NCBI GenBank assembly: GCA_964016885.1
Contig: OZ024741.1
Location: forward strand, 58,714,001-58,778,000
Direction: 5' to 3'
Length of the DNA: 64,000 nucleotides
From: Eledone cirrhosa
Lineage: Eukaryota
This document shows positions 36,524 to 51,229 of the stretch, piece by piece. Position 1 is the stretch's first letter, and each line of letters opens with the position of its first letter. The translations under genes were made by a program, and so were the position numbers. The notes beneath the pieces were generated by a model. The model saw only the letters and a program-made list of their open reading frames with translations. It was not told the DNA's origin and ran no database searches.

Positions 36524-39500
36524 ATATATATCTATATCGTGCTAGTGTGGAAAAATGGACGTAAAATGATGATATATATATATATATATATATGTGCCCC
36601 AGCATGGCCTCAGCCAGATGGCTGGAACAGGTAAAAGAGTATATATACACACACACACACACATTGTGTTATTTATATGACTGTAGGATAAGCCATACTT
36701 ATTACTTCTCGCTGGGTTTGCTTTGTTTATTAGCATTAGTAACAAAATTTAAATCCTCTAGAAAATATTTATGTACCATCATTTTTATAAAGATTAAAAA
36801 ATAAATTTTCAATAAAATATAGAAGCCAGCACTTACCATATACTTAAATATAAATCATAATAATAAATAAGTCACACTTATTCTGTGATTACAATATTTT
36901 GGCTTCATTATTTAATATTTCAAGTCCAAAACAAGGTTTGGTAGATAAGTTTCAAACTAATCACAGATTCCTTTTGAGGCACTGTTTTACTGCCCTTCCT
37001 GGTGCCAACACTTTTAGTTGCCTCCTGTGCCTATTCTAAACTGGATATGCACATCAAGTATACATTGTATATTATTATAAATAAAGAAAATTATCCAGCT
37101 ATTCCATTTCCTATATTCTCAGCTGTTTGTAGAATCTAAGTTAAGAGGATTCTTGTAATCTTTGTTGGTTGAGGTAAAAATGGTTGACTTTAACTCATTT
37201 TTGCTTTACTATTTTTTGTTGTTTTTTTATTTTCCTTTCACCATTTTCAGTTTAATATTAATCTGTCAAGTCTTAAAAATTGTTAAACAGCAGTAGTTAA
37301 ATTGAATCAAAGCTTCTGAACTTTTAAGATTAAAAATATACTGAGTTTCTTTTTTTTTTTTTTTTTTGTCTTGAAATTGAATTATCAATTTCAATCTTAA
37401 GAGCTTAATATTGTTGTGCTGCTAAACTCTGAAAAATGTTCTCTGATCTCTTAAAGTAAATGGACAAAATATTGATACACTCTCTATATTAATATCATCC
37501 GTAGTTACTGTTATAAAGTATTTATCAAGTCTACTCAGTTTCCCTTTTCCTTTATCAAATATAGCAGGAAAAATGTTTTCCTTTTATTTAACATGTTAAC
37601 AAGGTTTGTACATTATTATGATAATTTTACATCCTCATTTCCATGCTTGCATGGGCTGGATAGGTTTTCTCCAGCACCACCTACCTCTACTCATTGTGTT
37701 CCCTTGTCGTCTTCTCTGTAAGGTTCAATGTTTTGAGATCCGTTCTCAACACCTCATTCCAGGTTTGCCATGGTCTTTGCCAGCACAACCTCCCTCCACT
37801 CATTGCATTCATTCATCATCTCTTCTTCTTTGATGTTCAATGATTTGAGATCGGCTCTTACCACTTCTGCCCAAGTTTTCCTTGGTTTTCCTCTACTGCA
37901 GCTTCCTTCCATATCTTGCTATAAAACAGGATTCGCAATATACAACAAACTCTCAAAGATAATTATTCAAATGCTGTGATATTTTATTCATCTTTATTTT
38001 GTTTTCCTATAAAAACCCATAGATATCTGGAAAACATTTTTAAAAAGTCATTTAGTAAACCACTGATATAAATTGTTTTATCCTTTTTCTTAGTATATTT
38101 CTAATAAGGTTTTCAAATAATTTTGAAAATAATCAACAATTTGAAGAGACTTAGTAATATAACTAACTTTTTCATTATTAAGTTGATGTTTAAAACATAA
38201 CTTAATTACGGTTCTTACATAAAATTATGATAAAAGGTTTTTAGGTAAATATTTTAAACAGCTTTGTATCATAAAACCATGGGCAGTTCAGAATCAAGTT
38301 AGTCATTAACATGCTAAAAATATTTTAATATGAATATTATTCTTGTTACAAAACTAAAAATAAACAGGCTTGTCTTATATATTATAATGTTTAACTTTTT
38401 CCAAAAGGAAAATTTTGTTTTAATGTTTAAGATTAACATGACCATATTTCTCCTGAATTAAATTGAATGTGTGTCAATTCATTTTGGAAATAATCAAGAA
38501 TTTGTAAAATTGATTGATGGTTTTAATTTAGCTGTGAACACTAAAATGAGTGATTTTATCACAGTGGCACTTTCAGGGTTTGGTATCAAAAGGGTTAAAT
38601 CTTTGTTTTTGTATTCATTCTAAAAAGTTCTTGAAATCATGTGTTGAAACAAATATTGGGATGGTCATACTGCCAATAAAAACACATACCCGTTGAGTTT
38701 CATTTCAGTTGTGACAAAGAAGACACATTAAAAAAATCATTGATCTGATCACAAATTGTGATGGAAGACCTTTGGAAATGTACTAATTAATTGGTTGATT
38801 AACCAACTAATGGATGAATGATTAATATGAAGTGAAACTCAACTGGTGTTCATGTTTTTTATTGGCAGCTTGATGCTCCTAAAGTATTTAAATCTTATTA
38901 GAAACTTCTGTTTCTTGCATTTGGAACTGTATATATTTTTAAGATAAATCTAACTTAGATATAACTACAGTTTTTGAATTAGAAGCCTTGTTATAAAAAG
39001 AATGAAGTGTAAACACACTTTCTCCTATCCCCCCCTCTGTACACAGAAACATGTCTTATTAGAAGATAACTGCACCTACAGTTCTGTATGTTTTATCTGT
39101 GCAGAGGAAATAATGAAAACTATCATTCATGCTTTTTTTCACATTGAAGTCTTTCAATTCAAAAGCTGTAGTTACATCTACATTAAATGTATCTTAAATC
39201 TTCTAATATACACTGTTCTAGTATTAATATTTATTCTAATTTTTAAATCAGTCTGTTTTAAAATCTTCTTTATTTTGTTATCATAATTTTAATAAAAGAT
39301 ACCATGTGTTTTGATACCAACCCCACCAAAACAAGCTCTGGTTCTGTGAAACCAAACCAACCAAGGGTTTCTATTTATATTAAAATGTTCCAACATAATT
39401 TAAATAAGAACCATATGTTAAGTTACTATCATAGTTAAATAAGTAGTAATTTTAGTAAATTCTCATTAATTGAAATAGAGTGTATTACATTAGAAATATG

Positions 39501-39796
39501 GTCATGAAAAGATTAAGCCAATGTTTGAAACATAACAAAAGGTTCTTATTTAGAATTATGGAATGTTTTATTTTAGATATGAACACTTTAAAGTAGGCAG
39601 TTTCTGTATCATAAAACCATGTATGGTTTTGAGCTGATTAGTATCAAAAGGGTTAAACTTTAAAATATATAGCTTTGTATCATAGACAGAGGGGCAGTTT
39701 CAGCTTGGTTGGTATCAAGAATTAAAGACAGTGCACAACAAACGTTGAATTAATCTATTATATATGAAGAAATATATATTGTTTTGTTTTGTTTTT

Positions 39797-39810
39797 AGCG
39801 CCATCTAGTG
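39797..39810 (-). promoter_or_regulatory. CTCF-like motif
   Basis: AGCGCCATCTAGTG is the reverse complement of CACTAGATGGCGCT. Confidence 0.5.
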
Positions 39811-40156
39811 ATCAGTGTGGCACATGGTTAGAGGCAGGCATTTGTTGGGAGGGTGCCTTTCACAGTTTTTACTTAGAGCAAAAAAGAATTAATAATAGTT
39901 TAATAACTTTGTCATTATCAAAAAAAAAAAAGCTTATCCTTGGGCAAAGAATCCCATATCTTTTCAGCACTATGTGTATCCGATTAACCCCATTCTAGCC
40001 ATATTCCTTACAGGGAAACATTCTGCCTTTGTGTTTTAATTTTCAAAATAATAAAGAATTATAAGAGGTTTAGTGAAATAACTTTCAAATTACTATATAT
40101 AATCAGTTCCCATCCCACCCTTGCAAGCAGGGAAAAGCGGACGTAAAATGATGATG

Positions 40157-40188
<32 letters not shown>

Positions 40189-40229
40189 ATGTAGAAAAAA
40201 AACTGAAAATCAACATGCATCTTAATTAT

Positions 40230-40465
40230 TGGGCCTACAAAACCTTATATGTGAGTCTAGTACTGAGCTGAGAATGTTATATGTAAACTGGTGGTGTGAC
40301 TTAATCAATTGTACCTACAAAACCTTATATGTGAGTCATGTGCTGAGCCAAGAATGTTGTTTTTAAATAGGGGGGGGGGGTGTAACTTATCAACTGGACT
40401 TGCGAAACCTCATGTGTGAGTCAAGTACTGAGCCAAGAATGTCTGTAAACTGGAGGTGTGATTTA
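40230..40465. repeat. ~80-bp tandem repeat, 3 diverged copies
   Basis: AAACCTYATRTGTGAGTC...CTGAGCYRAGAATGT recurs three times. Confidence 0.75.
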
Positions 40466-42791
40466 TGTACAGCTATATATGATAATATAAGGCATATTTT
40501 CCTATTGAATTCTAATATTATTGACTTTGATGAATTTGATAAGATTTCAGTAAAAGATTTTTAATTAATTCATTATTTAAACATTTCAATAGAGGCAGTT
40601 TGGGGTTGGCTTGGTGTTGAAAGGGTTAAATCTGGAAGGAAAAATATTGGCTGATGGTGGAGAATAATTCTATAGTATTATGTATTGCTTACTAATTCTT
40701 GGAGTAAAGATTTTATCTTCCTCCAAGACCTACCTTACTATGTAGGTAGTGGTCTGTTGTTACTGTTATGAAAATGTTAGTCTTTATCATCTTCCACATA
40801 ATGTTATATTTGTTTCTGGATTTACAGAAATAGTTATCCCTCTTCCTCTAATACATCTCTGGGTGGATTAAACTTTGGCTGAGGTGGGGGGTTCTTTATT
40901 TGTGTATCTTGTCTGCTGAAATAATGGTGCAAAATTAAAATGTTTTTTAACAAAGAATTTCCATTATAAATACATATACATTGCACATAAACACATACAC
41001 ACATATATATATTAAATAATTAGAAGTCATTTGATTATGTGAGAACAGTCCCCTTAAAAATTAGTCATCATAAAAAGTTAATAAAATTCTGAAATACGTT
41101 AAAATAAAAGCTTCCCTTTTCTAAAGGTCTTAGAAAAATTAAAATACAATATTTTAAACATTTTAAATCTCTTCTGTTCCCCTCTGTTACTCTATATTTT
41201 CACACACACACACATATTTATATATAATCAAAGTTAAATGCATAGTTCTTGATGGTAATCCAGTTGCATGATCTGAGGTGATGGGACTTCAGGGAGTCCA
41301 AGGATTGGTAAGGATAGAATATGTGTGTGTGTATATATATATATATATATTATATGTATACATACATATATTTGTCTACTGTGTGTGTTTGTGCCTACAC
41401 ACACTTAACTGTACATGAATGTATTTGCCTGTATACTCACACTAACCGGCTCACTTAAAAACAACCCACCCTCAACCCCTACAAACCCCATGATTTAAAG
41501 ACAAGTCATTCAAAGGTTTTTACGTAATTATTTTCATTTTCTTTTTTCCTAGATTTACAACAATTTTTTTTCTTTCCCTCTCTACCTCATGAGAAGAATG
41601 TAGCCCAAAACGTTATGAATGTTTTTGTTCGTTTTTTCTCATCTTCTGAGTATTGTTAAACTAATATTCTTAATTTGGATCCTGTTGTTTTTGTTTTTCT
41701 GTTACATAGTTCACTCTGTGTGTGTTAACTAATTGAAAGCCATTTTGTTATCTGGAAATATTATCTTTCTGCAGAAACAATGAAGCTGAAATATGTCAAA
41801 ATGAAAGGTTATCTTCTCTAAAGGAAGAATTAATTATCGAAAATACAATATATTAGACGCTATTAATCTGTTTCTCTCCTCTTCCTTCTATTATTATCTT
41901 TATAAAGGTTTTATCCATATAAAGTTCTGTTTGAGCTATGTTATAAACTAGTGTCTATTTCAAGAGCAATAGTTAAACAGCATACCTCTTTCAGGTGGTA
42001 TATTATTGTTGTTTGTTGTTATTGTTATCAAAAGTATTATCATCATTATTAGTTTTATTCAGTTGCTAGAATTGTTAAAGATTCAGACAAAATACCTTGC
42101 TATATTTGTTTTGTCTCATTGCATTCTGAGCTTAAATCTCGCCACGGTCAACTTTGTCTTTTATACTTTGGGAAGTCTATCAAATAATGTACCAGTCAAG
42201 TAATTTAATCAGCTAACTCTACCCTCAAAAATCTATGTGCCTATGTTAGAAACCATTATTATTAAGATTAGTATTTGATTTGAGATCATTGGCGTATAAT
42301 GACCCCAGCCTCATTGAGCAAGAGGAGATGCATTTGGATTGGCAGAATCATTAGAGAATCAGACAATATACTTCCTTTTATCCTTTTGGTATCAGTAAAA
42401 TAAAGTTCCAGTTAAGTACTGGAATTGATATAATTGACTCCCTGGTCAGATAACCATCTCCTGTTCATAGATTCCAGTTTGGCATGGTTTCTACAGCTGG
42501 ATGCCTTTCCTAACACCAACAACTTTACAACATGTACTAAATGCATTTTACCATGATACCAGCAATATCACTTTACAGTGTAGGCTGGGTGCATTGTATC
42601 ATAACACCAGCCGTACCACTTTTCAGCATATGCTGGGTGCATTTATTGTGGCACAAACACATGTTAACGCATCTGCATTAACATTTTCTCTCCTATGTCT
42701 GATAAAATAGTTTCTAATTTAAGTCCAACACCAGGACTGGGGGTGGTCAGTTGATTATTTTAACCCCAATTCTTGACTGGTACTTTATATT

Positions 42792-43124
42792 ATCATCAAC
42801 ATTTTACGTCCACTTTTCCCTGCTTGCAAGGGTGGGACGGGAACTGATTCTGGCTTGATTTCTACAGCTGGATGCCCTTCCTAACACCAACCTCATTTAC
42901 AGTGAGTGCTGGGTGCTTTTTTGCCGTGGCACCTTCACGACCACGTTGCAGTGGAATGATATGGACCCCAGTCCCTATCATCTCATTTCTACAGCTGAGT
43001 AAACTGGAGCAATGTGAAATAAAGTATCTTGCTCAAGGAAATAACACATCACCCGGTTTGAGAATTGAACTCACAACCTTTCGATTGCAAGGCCAATGCT
43101 CTAACCACTAAGCCATGTGCCTCC
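42792..43124 (-). mobile_element. Complete tRNA-head/RTE-tail SINE
   Basis: Near-identical to 24007-24353. Confidence 0.88.
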
Positions 43125-43489
43125 ATATATCTGCTAAAATACACCAATTATTGTAGCAATAATTTCCAAACAAACAATATGTCCTCAGATGAACTTTTGT
43201 GCTTTTCTTCTGTCAGTCTTCGAGAGTGCCAGCATCAGCAACATCTTGTTAATTATATGATGATTATTAATATCTGTTAAAATCATCAAATACTTAATCT
43301 GATATATCTGGATAGCATTTAGTGGGGGTGGGGGAAGGTTATTTCCACAGAAAATAAATTTAATTATTTGAATATTGTAGGAGTCTTTGAGGATTCTGCC
43401 CCTACAAGCCTCCCAGGAATAAGTGAGCAAAGAAGAATATTTCTATATTTGATAAGTCTTTAGGGGTAGGAATTTCATAGGATCTGATG

Positions 43490-43715
43490 CTTAGGGAGGT
43501 GTAGAGGCTGGTGTTTTAGGAGGTGGTGTAGTGCTAGTGTCATAGGTGTAGAGGCTGGTGTTTTGGGTGGTGGTCTGGTGTCATAGGTGTAAAGGCTAGT
43601 ATTTTGGGAGGTGGTGTCATAGGTGTAGAGGCTGGTGTTTTGGGAGGTGGTGAGGTGCAATGTCTGGTGTCATGTGAGGTCTAGTGTCGAGAGAGGTGTG
43701 AGATCTAGTGTTATG
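43490..43715. repeat. GT-rich minisatellite, ~36-46-bp units
   Basis: GTGTCATAGGTGTAGAGGCTGGTGTTTTGGGAGGTG repeated. Confidence 0.75.
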
Positions 43716-44039
43716 AGGGTTGATGAGACAATCTTGTGTCAAACACCCTAACCACTCAGCTACATACCTTCACAATACAATTATATTTCTGGTAAAAAAA
43801 TATATTTTCTGTTTTGGTTATTTTGTCTTTTCATATTCCTTTGTATTTCATTATACCCTTTTTTTTTCACCTTCATTTTTTTTTATGTTTAACCTGCTGC
43901 TCTCCTCCCTCCCTTGCAAAGCTGGTAATAGCCCCAGGCCAGATGTCATATATAGCCCTCCCCCAACTGTTTATTAAGAATTTTTGTAATTGGTGCTAAA
44001 TACATGATATATATGTGGATTACATGTGCGCGCACACGC

Positions 44040-44074
<35 letters not shown>

Positions 44075-44108
44075 TATAAACACATGTTTATACACACAGA
44101 AGAACGAA

Positions 44109-44152
<44 letters not shown>

Positions 44153-44421
44153 TATTCATTCTTCTGTATATATATAAGCAATTCTCTCTTTTTCAATTGT
44201 TATAATCTGTGAGGGGGGAGTAATTTTAACAAATGGCTTGTGGGTAAATTCAATTAAATAAAGGGCTCCTTAATAGTGAAAAGGTTAGGAATCATTGATG
44301 TATATAGTCTTAAAATGTTACATGAAATATTTTTAAAATCTAACATTTGTTATTTAGCTTGAGGTGAATAAGGTGTTTATTTATAGAGTAAAGTGACAGT
44401 GACAGCATACAAGCTGGCATA

Positions 44422-44469
<48 letters not shown>

Positions 44470-44831
44470 ATGTGTCAAAGAGAAATGGATACACTGTAAT
44501 TTCCATTAAGAAATGTTGCTAAATTACAAATTTTTTTCTGACTGAATCTATTTAAGACATCAGTTGACACCAATGAAATGGTGGTAGCTGTTGAGTACTA
44601 GAAACCATTTATTGATCCATTACAGGATGAAACATCAGTAAATATACTAGGTTTAGGCATTCCTGTCCATGCTGGCCAAGTATGAGTTGGACAGAGTGCT
44701 CTTGTGATAGCTGGTTTGACCTCAGGATGCAAAGACTGAGAACAGAAACCATAAAGCATCTCATCTGATGTTCTAACAATAATATCCATTCTCTGCTTTT
44801 GATTATTAGTTTGTTTTTTATCAACCTACAA

Positions 44832-45075
44832 GGGTATGAGATGTTTAGGCCATGTGTTGAGGAAGGATGAAAGTGACTGGGTGAGAGTAGTAATGGAAAT
44901 GAACGTGGAAGGAATTAGAGGAAGAGGAAAACCAAGAAACATATAGCTAAAGATGTTAAAGGATGAAACCAAATCCAGGAGATTGGTGACGTGGGATGTA
45001 GATTATAGAGCAAAGTGGAGACCCTTATTATGGGGCCTATAAGATTCACCCAGGGAAAATGGCCTGAAAACACTT
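44832..45075 (+). mobile_element. Old RTE-type LINE 3' fragment
   Basis: Reads MRCLGHVLRKDESDWVRVVMEMNVEGIRGRGKPR. Confidence 0.65.
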
Positions 45076-46429
45076 GTTATTTATCAACCTGCAAAAAGGC
45101 AAAGCAGACTTTGGCAAGTTTTGAACTCAGAGCCCTAAACAAATAGTTTGAAGAAACCTTCTAATGACTGCGAATTTGTTGAATATATTTAACATATTTC
45201 TTGCCATTGAATATGGTGATTTTCCCCAAAATAAGTCTGGAAAATTTACCATTCATCTTAGAGGCAAAATGTTATGTTAGGTAATGGGATGTGTCAATGA
45301 TATCAGAACAACTTCAACATTGGGAAATATGGTAATTAATTAAATATATTAACTGTGAAACATGAGGCTTATGTGTAAGTTAACTAAAGTTAATAAAAAA
45401 TAAAAATTGTAATTTTTTAGCTATTAACCTCATCCATACAAATGAAACATTTTAAAATATTTCTGTCTACACTATATTTTGAATGGCTTGTTCTGTGATT
45501 GCCATCATGTTATGTCTTATTCCTGGATGTATACATAGCTCATTTTTACCAGCTAAGTGGACTGGAGCAATATGAAATAAAATGTCTTGCTCGAGGACAC
45601 AATGTACCACTGAGTATCAAACTCATGAGCTCAAGACCTTAACTGGTATTATGTACACATCCATGTATAAAACATCTGGTGATGATTAGGGATCAAACTG
45701 CTCAAAACAAAATAGATACAAATATCTTTTCATCCTTGAATACGAGTTTTATACTCAAAATATGAAAAACATTATTTGAAGATCTGAGAGAGTTTACAAA
45801 ATGTATGGCAAATTATATTATTAGTAAATAAGCTTGATATTTTCTTACTTCTGGCTATCTACAGTCACAATTCCAGTATCAGTTTATAAAATCCGTCCTT
45901 TATGTGAAGCCATCCTAAGGTAAATACTGCTAAATTTGTTGTAGTGAAAACTGTGAGTTTATTATTATTAAGCATGTGACCTTATCAGTTCTGACACGAA
46001 TATAAGTGATAAAGAGCTTTAGCACAACTCTCAAGTTCCCCACAACTACTTTGAAAAATAATATCTTACCTAAGGAGTAATAAATATTGCCAAGATAACA
46101 TCCAGGTTCTCTTGTTTTTCCTTCTCTTTTGCTGTTTATTTTCATATCTCTCTCTCCTTCCTTATCTAACCTTGTTACTTCAATATGCATGGCTCCATTT
46201 GCATTCTAGTAGCTTCTAAAACTTCCTACTCATTTTCCTATTTCAAAATGCTTCAAACAAACTATACCACTCTCTTATTATGTCTTTTAGTCTCTTGTTT
46301 CATCTCATATAATCTGGTCTAAATTATAGTCCTGAGGTTATATAAGGTAGATATTGTTACTTTGAGGACAGTGTATATGTTATTTCTAGAAGGATTGTTT
46401 TATGAAGTTCTTGTAGAATATTTCCTGGG

Positions 46430-46580
46430 ATTTTGTTGGTGAATTTTTTTAGTCCTTTTGTGATCAACCTATGTCCTTTGATCACAACAGGTATGGTTTG
46501 GGTGGTCATGTCCCACATTCAAAAGACCACAATCTCAAAGTCTTTATATTTATATAGCTTTTCTGCTGATTTGTTTGCAT
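46430..46580 (-). mobile_element. Highly decayed R4/Dong-like RLE fragment (may extend to ~45900)
   Basis: Reverse strand gives EKLYKYKDFE...MWDMTTQTIPVVI...KIP with frameshifts. Confidence 0.45.
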
Positions 46581-46600
46581 TGGCATATTAATCAGCATAC

Positions 46601-46790
46601 TGGCATGGATTGGCAGTATCGGTAGAGAGTCGGACGCCATGCTTTGAAGCATAGAGTTACGTCCCTTTATGATCTGAGTTCAAATCCCGCCGAGGTTAAC
46701 TTTGCCTTTCATCCTTACAGGGTCAATAAAATAAAGTACCAGTAATGTACTGGGTAATTACTGGCCTTGTGCCTAAAATAGAAACAATTA
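46601..46790 (+). mobile_element. SINE family 2
   Basis: Same consensus; further copies near 34930-35150, 42055-42260, 47878-48270, 48728-48955 and 52391-52620. Confidence 0.8.
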
Positions 46791-47219
46791 TTACTACTAC
46801 TACAGGGTCAATTTAATTGCTAGCCTAGGGCCTAAATCAGAAGCCATTATTATTTTGGTTGTTGTTGCATGACTGAATCTGTATGAATGTTATTACTATT
46901 ACAAAACATGTTAGCATCATAATTTAATGTCTGTTTTCAAAGTTCACAAGGTTTGGAATAAAATGTTTATAATATATATACAGAAATATACACCTCTCAC
47001 ATGTTGATGTATAAATAATGTTGGTTGTATTGAAAAACAAGGTTAATGAGAATAATAAAGTTGTGTGAGATCAGTTGTAAGTTTGAAACCAAAATCTAGG
47101 ATCTACCTAGAAATAAGCATTATCATACATGTCTCTCTTGTTTGATGGGATGTTTGACAAAATGTTTGACAAAATTCAACTCTTACATAACAGCAATAGC
47201 TAAAAAAATTCATTTAATT

Positions 47220-47274
<55 letters not shown>

Positions 47275-47448
47275 GCATGAAAGTATATATATAATCATAC
47301 AGTTGACTTATTTTTTATGCTCCTACATACACTATTAAAAATACATACCTATGTTTCATGCAGATAACTCGTTCCCATGTTGCACAATACATGATCCTCC
47401 AGACAGAGTGCACTAGGTGCATTCCAGTTCATGCATGCACCCTATTAA

Positions 47449-47697
47449 CCCTTTCATTACAATATTTCAAATGTAAGACACTACCTATGATTTTTAAATT
47501 AGTTTAGAAATAATCAAGAATTTGGAAAGACTTAGTAATATAAGTATCTCATTATCAAGTTAATGTTTGGAACATAACTTAGAGGTTCTTATATTAAATA
47601 ATGTTTGAAGGTTTTTAGATAAATATAAACACTTTAAAACAAATGGTATTGTATCATAAAACCAAGGGCAGTTTCAGATATTTTGTTATCAAAAGGG
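47449..47697. mobile_element. piggyBac-like MITE
   Basis: TTAA|CCCTTTCATTAC...TTATCAAAAGGG|TTAA. Confidence 0.7.
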
Positions 47698-49616
47698 TTA
47701 AACTAGATACATATCTATTCCACATAGATCCCCACTCCATCTAAGTTACACAATATATTGCCTCCAGTCAACAGTGCAGCTATTGGATAATCAATCCAAA
47801 TGTATATTTATAATTCTTCTGGCAGTTACATCTGTTAGAACATCTTTTTAAACTTTAGCATTATTATTTATTATTTGGATGGTGGGTTGGCAGAGTTGAT
47901 AGTGTTGAACAAATGCTTAGCAGTATTTCATCTGACTTGTTACTTTCTAAGTTCAAATCCTTCTGAAGTCAACTTCACCTTTCATACTTCTGGTATCAAT
48001 AAAACAAAGTATCAGTCAAATTTGCTGGTGCCCTTGTGCCTAAATTAGGAATCATTAGGGAAGTGGATTGGCAGAATCAGTAGAGCGTCGGACACCATGC
48101 TTTGCAGCATAGAGTTATGGCCCTTTATGTTCTAAGTTCAAATCCTGCTGAGGTTAGCTTTGCCTTTCATCCTTATGAGGCTGATAAAATAAAGTACCAG
48201 TAATGCACTGGGGTCAATTTAATCAACTTTCCCCTCCCCCTTGTGCCTATACTAGAAATCATTATTATTCAGAAATTGATAATGGGTACTTTCAAAGCCT
48301 TTAATATGACAGAGTAATCCAGGGTTTTTCAGTGGTGATGGTGGGAGGGTTTTTTTAATTACCCTAAAGTACAGTCTCTTCCCATTGGGGAACTGCTTCT
48401 AGTTGATATTTGTTATTGTTTTGTATTGTTACCATGATTATTTATTATAATTAGTATTATTGTTATATCTACTGTATTCCCTTTGTCGATGTCCTCTTTC
48501 CTTTACTTGATGTAAACCCTATGCTGTGTTGTTTTTCGTCTTTGTATTGTCCCCGTCTTGGGCCCTTGTGGCCAATAAAAGAGATTATTATTGTTATTAT
48601 TATCATTATTATTATGTCTTTGAGTCTTTTGTTTTTATCAGTCCAAATATATTTTTATAATTCTCCTGGCAGTCACATATTTTGGAACATCTTTTCCTTT
48701 ATTTTAGCATTATTGTTATTATCATTTAGGACAGTGGGTTGGCAGAATCAGTAGAGCATCGGACAATATGCTTTGCAGCATTAAGTTATAGCCCTTTAAA
48801 TCTTGAGTTGAAATCCTGCCAAGGTTAGCGTTGCCTTTCATCCTTATGGGATTGATAAAATAAGTACCAGTAACAAACTGGGTTGATTAAATCAACCTTC
48901 CCCTCCCTCAAAACTTGTTGGCTTTGTGCCTAAATCAGAAACCATAATTATTATTAAGAAACTATAATTTTAATATCATTATTTTAATTTTTATTGCGTG
49001 TTGTCACTTCATTACTGAACACACACACATATATAGTGAATGCCGATCTGATTACAAGCAAAACCACTTTCGTATCACAGTCATCAGCCTATCTCAAATG
49101 TTACTTTTACTGCCATGGGTCTTTAGATGAATACTGAGCCCCAATTTTTCGTTAAATTCTTTTATGGCAGATGTGGCATAGAATTTATACAGAGACACCA
49201 CTAACAAGGTCTGCATCCTTGTGTATTCACTTAAAATAGATTTTCATTCCAGTAGTAGATGTAGGACAGTAGTGCTCATGTATGGCTGATGGAATTGCAA
49301 CACTCACACACATATTAAAAAAACATTTACCATTTAATTCTCCTGTATTGGATACTATCTCAAATGGTATATTATGGAAGATTTAAGTCTGTATTCTATT
49401 TTAACTATAATTTCTAATTTAAGTCTATATCCTATTTTAAGAATACATTTTAAATATCATTGATAGCTTGTAGACTCTTAAGTTTGGTTACTGTTGGTAT
49501 TTTGATTTAAAGCACTTAACCTTCATAATTAACATTCTGATGTTGAAGTTCAGCTTAATCTCTGCTGAAAATAGTGAGGAGAGAATTGCCATCTAATATA
49601 TATATATGTGTGCGAG

Positions 49617-49676
<60 letters not shown>

Positions 49677-50610
49677 CACACACATACATACACACGCATA
49701 TTTATATATACACATACATATATGTGTGTGTTAAATACTTTTCACCATTAATTAAATTATTTATTCTGAAAGCTAAATAGGTACAACATATTTATCTTTA
49801 TTTTTTTGTTATTTATTGATTTTTTTTTTAATGTTGACAACATGTATTTTTAATTACTTTATTAAAATGTTTAAGTTTAAAGGAAAATAATGGAATTAAT
49901 TACAAATTTAATAATAGCTTCTAATACAATGTCAATACTGCTTATATAGAGAGAACAAGAAGAAAAAGGAGATAACTATTGATTAAGTATATATATATAT
50001 AATTATTTACTTATGATTTATACACGCATTCTTTTTCGAACCAGTGGTTTCATGAAGTAACAAAGCCTGCATATCTGCAAGCTATACTTGTTAGTCATAT
50101 CTTCATGTATATATATGTGCATGCATATATATATATATATGTGTATATATATATATATGTGTGTGTGTATATATATATATATATGCTAGCGTGGAAGATG
50201 GCTGTTAAACGATGATGATTTATATATGTGTGTGTGTGTATTTGTGTGCATATGTATGTATGCACATTTATATCCTACCCACACAAAGTTGTCTTCCTCA
50301 CTGATTAACGTAAGTGTACACTCTAATTTGTTGGGTTTGAATTTTAATAAGGACTTAATTAGATTATTGAGTGATGATGAAAATGATGAGGAAACAACCG
50401 AAGTTGTGTCCATTCAATTCGATAAGCTTCGTCCCTTAATTATATATAATAGATAGATCAATAGATATTAAATACATATAAAAGAATATAAAAATAATGT
50501 AAACTGTATGGATCATACATATTGTTTAAGTGTTGTGTTAATGTTGGTTGGTGTTTCTAGACTGTCAATGCTGTAATTATTTTTGTGCATTTAGTGTTGT
50601 TGGCTGGTGC

Positions 50611-50700
50611 TGTTTTTCTAAATAAATTATATGTACCAGGGAATCCATTCACTCATAAGTGAATGGATTCCCTGGTACATATAATTTATTTAGAAAAACA
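50611..50700. repeat. Perfect 43-bp-arm palindrome with 4-nt loop
   Basis: 50611-50653 is the exact reverse complement of 50658-50700; loop CATA. Confidence 0.95.
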
Positions 50701-51229
50701 ACACCATAAGTGAATGTGTGTGTGTGTGTATATATATATATATAGAGAGAGAGAGCGAGAGAGAGATAGGGAGAGACAATGATGATGGGGATGATATGGG
50801 TTTTTAGATATACATATATATATATATATTCATGTATTTACACACATATTTGTGTGTTTATGTCTTAGGTTATTCCCCACTTTCTGTTTTCCTTTTGATT
50901 TCCACGTGAGCTTATCAACAATAACAATAACAACAAAAGAAGATTATATTAAATCAATTCAATATATTGACATATTATGTCAGTCATTAATTCTAACATC
51001 CGTCTTTCATTTCTACATTAGTTTCTATCAGTGGAATGGTAAACCTGTGTTAGAGCATCTCTCAGAAACCAAGTCACTATTGAAACCTCTGGTCTCCTCA
51101 GTCTTCAGAATGTTACAGTGGAGCAGAAGAGGACTAAATACCAGGCATTGACTGACCATTTCCTTTTTTTTTTTTACTAGTTCCCATCAAGACCTCAGTT
51201 GTCCCCAGTCACCAGACTGTTGTTTTCTT

